NCBI GenBank assembly: GCA_040384445.1
Contig: JAZKJG010000001.1
Coordinates: forward strand, 7,650-71,649
DNA: 64,000 nucleotides
Direction: 5' to 3'
Source: Patescibacteria group bacterium
GTDB lineage: Bacteria; Patescibacteriota; Minisyncoccia; Phycocordibacterales; CAIZLB01
The notes below the pieces were generated by a model that saw only the letters and a program-made list of their open reading frames with translations, was not told the origin of the DNA and did not search any database. Numbering within the stretch: the first letter of the stretch is position 1; the number at the start of each line of letters is the position of its first letter. The position numbers were made by a program, and so were the translations under genes. Positions 62,096 through 64,000 of the stretch are shown here, one piece after another.

Positions 62096-63643
62096 CTAGT
62101 GTGACAAATGCTTCAATCGTCTTGCTGGTGCTCGTAGAAGCCCAAATATAGCCTTCTTAAGGCTAAAATGAGGCATAGCTGCTCTCATAAACGGTACAAA
62201 CACTCCAATACTAAACAGAGCCCATGCAGTGTTATTTACCACTGATGCTGACAAACCTTCTCTCATTACGGCCACTGTAAATCCAACCACGAACAATACT
62301 ATGTAAGAAATATGAGGAAGAATGAGTAATGGAAAATTTCCCTTGATAGCAGTCTTTGATGTTACTGAAAATGTATTTTTTGTCCCAGTTATAGCTGCCC
62401 ATAGTGCTTGAAAATGAATCCAGAATCCACTCATTGCAAATGAAAGTGCGATAAATGTAAATTGAAAGTTAGATGTGACCGACAGGTTGTACACAGAAAG
62501 TAAAATGTATGGAAGGAAAATCACAGCCAAAAGCATTGAAGAAATTTCAATTGGTATCAATCCTGTAAATAGAAAAACAATCGGCAATAGTATATTGATT
62601 GCAACAACAATTCCTGAAAGGAAAAAAGTTACTGCAGAAAGGTATTGAATCTTTTGAGCCAAAGTTAACCCTTTTCTCATGATCACGTTGTATTTAAAAA
62701 TTACGTCGAGTGCTCCTCGAGCCCATCTGAATTGTTGTTTTGTGTATGATAGAAAATCTTCTGGCGCTAAACCTTCAGCAAGAACTTCAGGAAGATAAAA
62801 TGAATTCCATCCTTTTTCATGAATGAACATTCCTGTTGCAAAATCTTCCGCAATACTTTCGGTACACATTCCTCCAACTTGTGAGAGTGCTTCTCGTGAG
62901 ATCACCATATTTGTTCCACACATTGTTGCGGCGTTCAGTCTGTTTTTTCCTCGACAGATTGGACCGTAAAATAATTCTTGTTGTTCCCATGCTGCACGAG
63001 TCACACGATTTACATACGCGTTTTTATAGTACTGAGGTGTTTGTACAAATCCCATATTTTGATCTACAAAATACGGCATAGTTTTTTCAAGGAAGTCTGG
63101 ATATGGAACATGATCTGCATCAAAAATTACAATGTATGGCGCTTTGGTTTGTCCAATTGCATTGTTAATGTTTCCAGCTTTTGCACCACCGTTCTCTTGT
63201 CGTGTAAAACATGTAACCCTAAGCTCTTTTCCGAGCGCTTCGATTTCTTGCCAGTTATCTTTACCTGCCACGAATCCATCATTTAAAATATACACTGTAT
63301 GATTCGGATAGTGCATATCTCGTGCCGCCGTTACTGTGGTTCGAACGATGTCAGTAGGCTCTCCTGCAACTGTAATAAACACATCAACGTGAGGAGTAAA
63401 TTCTGCATGTACTCGAACAGCATGTTTCATATCCCAAACTGTATATAGATATGTAAGAGCCTGCCATGTGTGAAAAACTTCACCTACAATTACAAGGGTA
63501 AAGAGGAATGCATTTCCAGGACTAAAGAGAAAAGTAATAGCGGCAAAATAGATGAGAGATGCAGCACCTGTAATCAAGATCAGTATTTTTGAAGAATACT
63601 CAGCTAGAAAAGTTTTTCGAGATGGAGATGATGTGTATGTCAT
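62096..63643 (-). CDS. GT2 processive glycosyltransferase, cellulose synthase (BcsA)-like
   Basis: VDVFIT, LND, AKAGNIN, FDADH, VQTPQ, CGT, AED, QQFRW, multiple TMs. Confidence 0.9.
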   Translation of the reverse strand: MTYTSSPSRKTFLAEYSSKILILITGAASLIYFAAITFLFSPGNAFLFTLVIVGEVFHTWQALTYLYTVWDMKHAVRVHAEFTPHVDVFITVAGEPTDIVRTTVTAARDMHYPNHTVYILNDGFVAGKDNWQEIEALGKELRVTCFTRQENGGAKAGNINNAIGQTKAPYIVIFDADHVPYPDFLEKTMPYFVDQNMGFVQTPQYYKNAYVNRVTRAAWEQQELFYGPICRGKNRLNAATMCGTNMVISREALSQVGGMCTESIAEDFATGMFIHEKGWNSFYLPEVLAEGLAPEDFLSYTKQQFRWARGALDVIFKYNVIMRKGLTLAQKIQYLSAVTFFLSGIVVAINILLPIVFLFTGLIPIEISSMLLAVIFLPYILLSVYNLSVTSNFQFTFIALSFAMSGFWIHFQALWAAITGTKNTFSVTSKTAIKGNFPLLILPHISYIVLFVVGFTVAVMREGLSASVVNNTAWALFSIGVFVPFMRAAMPHFSLKKAIFGLLRAPARRLKHLSH

Positions 63644-63999
63644 ATGTTTTTTACTTTATATACATAAAGGTTTAAATGAGGAGAAAAGTTTTTTACTTCA
63701 ATTCTTTCATATGTATTGTCTAAGTATTCTTGAATATTTTTCTCGTATCCTTGATCATATCCAAGAAGAACGTAAAATCGTGCATAATCTTTTGACCACG
63801 CTGTAAAAGTATCAATCATGTATTGTTCCGAAAAATCAGGAACTTTTTTTATATCTTCAAATCTTTTCCAAATAGGGAATGTCATCAACTGAGTATCTCC
63901 TTTGTAGTAATATTCAACTGGGTAAGTGATAAACGGAGCGCTCACAATAAATGCATCGTTCGCCTTGGCATGTTCTGCCACATACTCAGCAGCACCTCT
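63640..63999 (-). CDS. 3' part of a gene running off the window, probably the extracytoplasmic tail of a GT39/ArnT-like glycosyltransferase
   Basis: Frame open to the window end (RGAAEYVAEHAKANDAFIV..PVEYYY). Stop overlaps the GT2 start. The family guess rests on the C-terminal pattern only. Confidence 0.5.
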   Translation of the reverse strand, partial: RGAAEYVAEHAKANDAFIVSAPFITYPVEYYYKGDTQLMTFPIWKRFEDIKKVPDFSEQYMIDTFTAWSKDYARFYVLLGYDQGYEKNIQEYLDNTYERIEVKNFSPHLNLYVYKVKNI

Positions 64000-64000
64000 A

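Noticed and set aside
1-64000. Genetic code 25 (TGA = Gly)
   Set aside because: Very long Gly-rich ORFs contain no in-frame TGA, TGA ends genes (e.g. at 49680, 35663 and 63640), and RF2 is present.

Overview
This is an AT-rich bacterial chromosomal window read with genetic code 11. Gene content and style point to a Patescibacteria/CPR (Parcubacteria-like) genome, which is an inference. Core genes are a 5'-partial rpoB, rpoC, a shortened prfB, pyrG, tsaD and gyrA. About 26 kb (7078-32719) is one co-oriented cell-surface locus. Two giant secreted mosaic fibre proteins (4577 aa, with an S74-type autocleaving chaperone, and 2482 aa) share near-identical modules. They flank two pilin/WxL-like subunits, a membrane-anchored DUF916/chaperone-like protein and an Fn3-like anchored protein. 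Other features are a compact 6S RNA candidate (32751-32876) and a promoter- and terminator-bounded ~330 nt antisense transcript with no convincing ORF (36306-36638). An ECF sigma/anti-sigma pair has two back-to-back identical promoter motifs. The window also holds an ApbE/FMN-binding/DoxX flavinylation cluster, a heterodimeric ABC exporter, five tandem VirB2-like pilins and several stand-alone antisense ORFan cassettes. Many genes appear leaderless, and a cellulose-synthase-like GT2 lies at the right end. No tRNA, rRNA, CRISPR array, transposase or integrase was recognised. All family calls come from motif recognition by eye; no searches were run.
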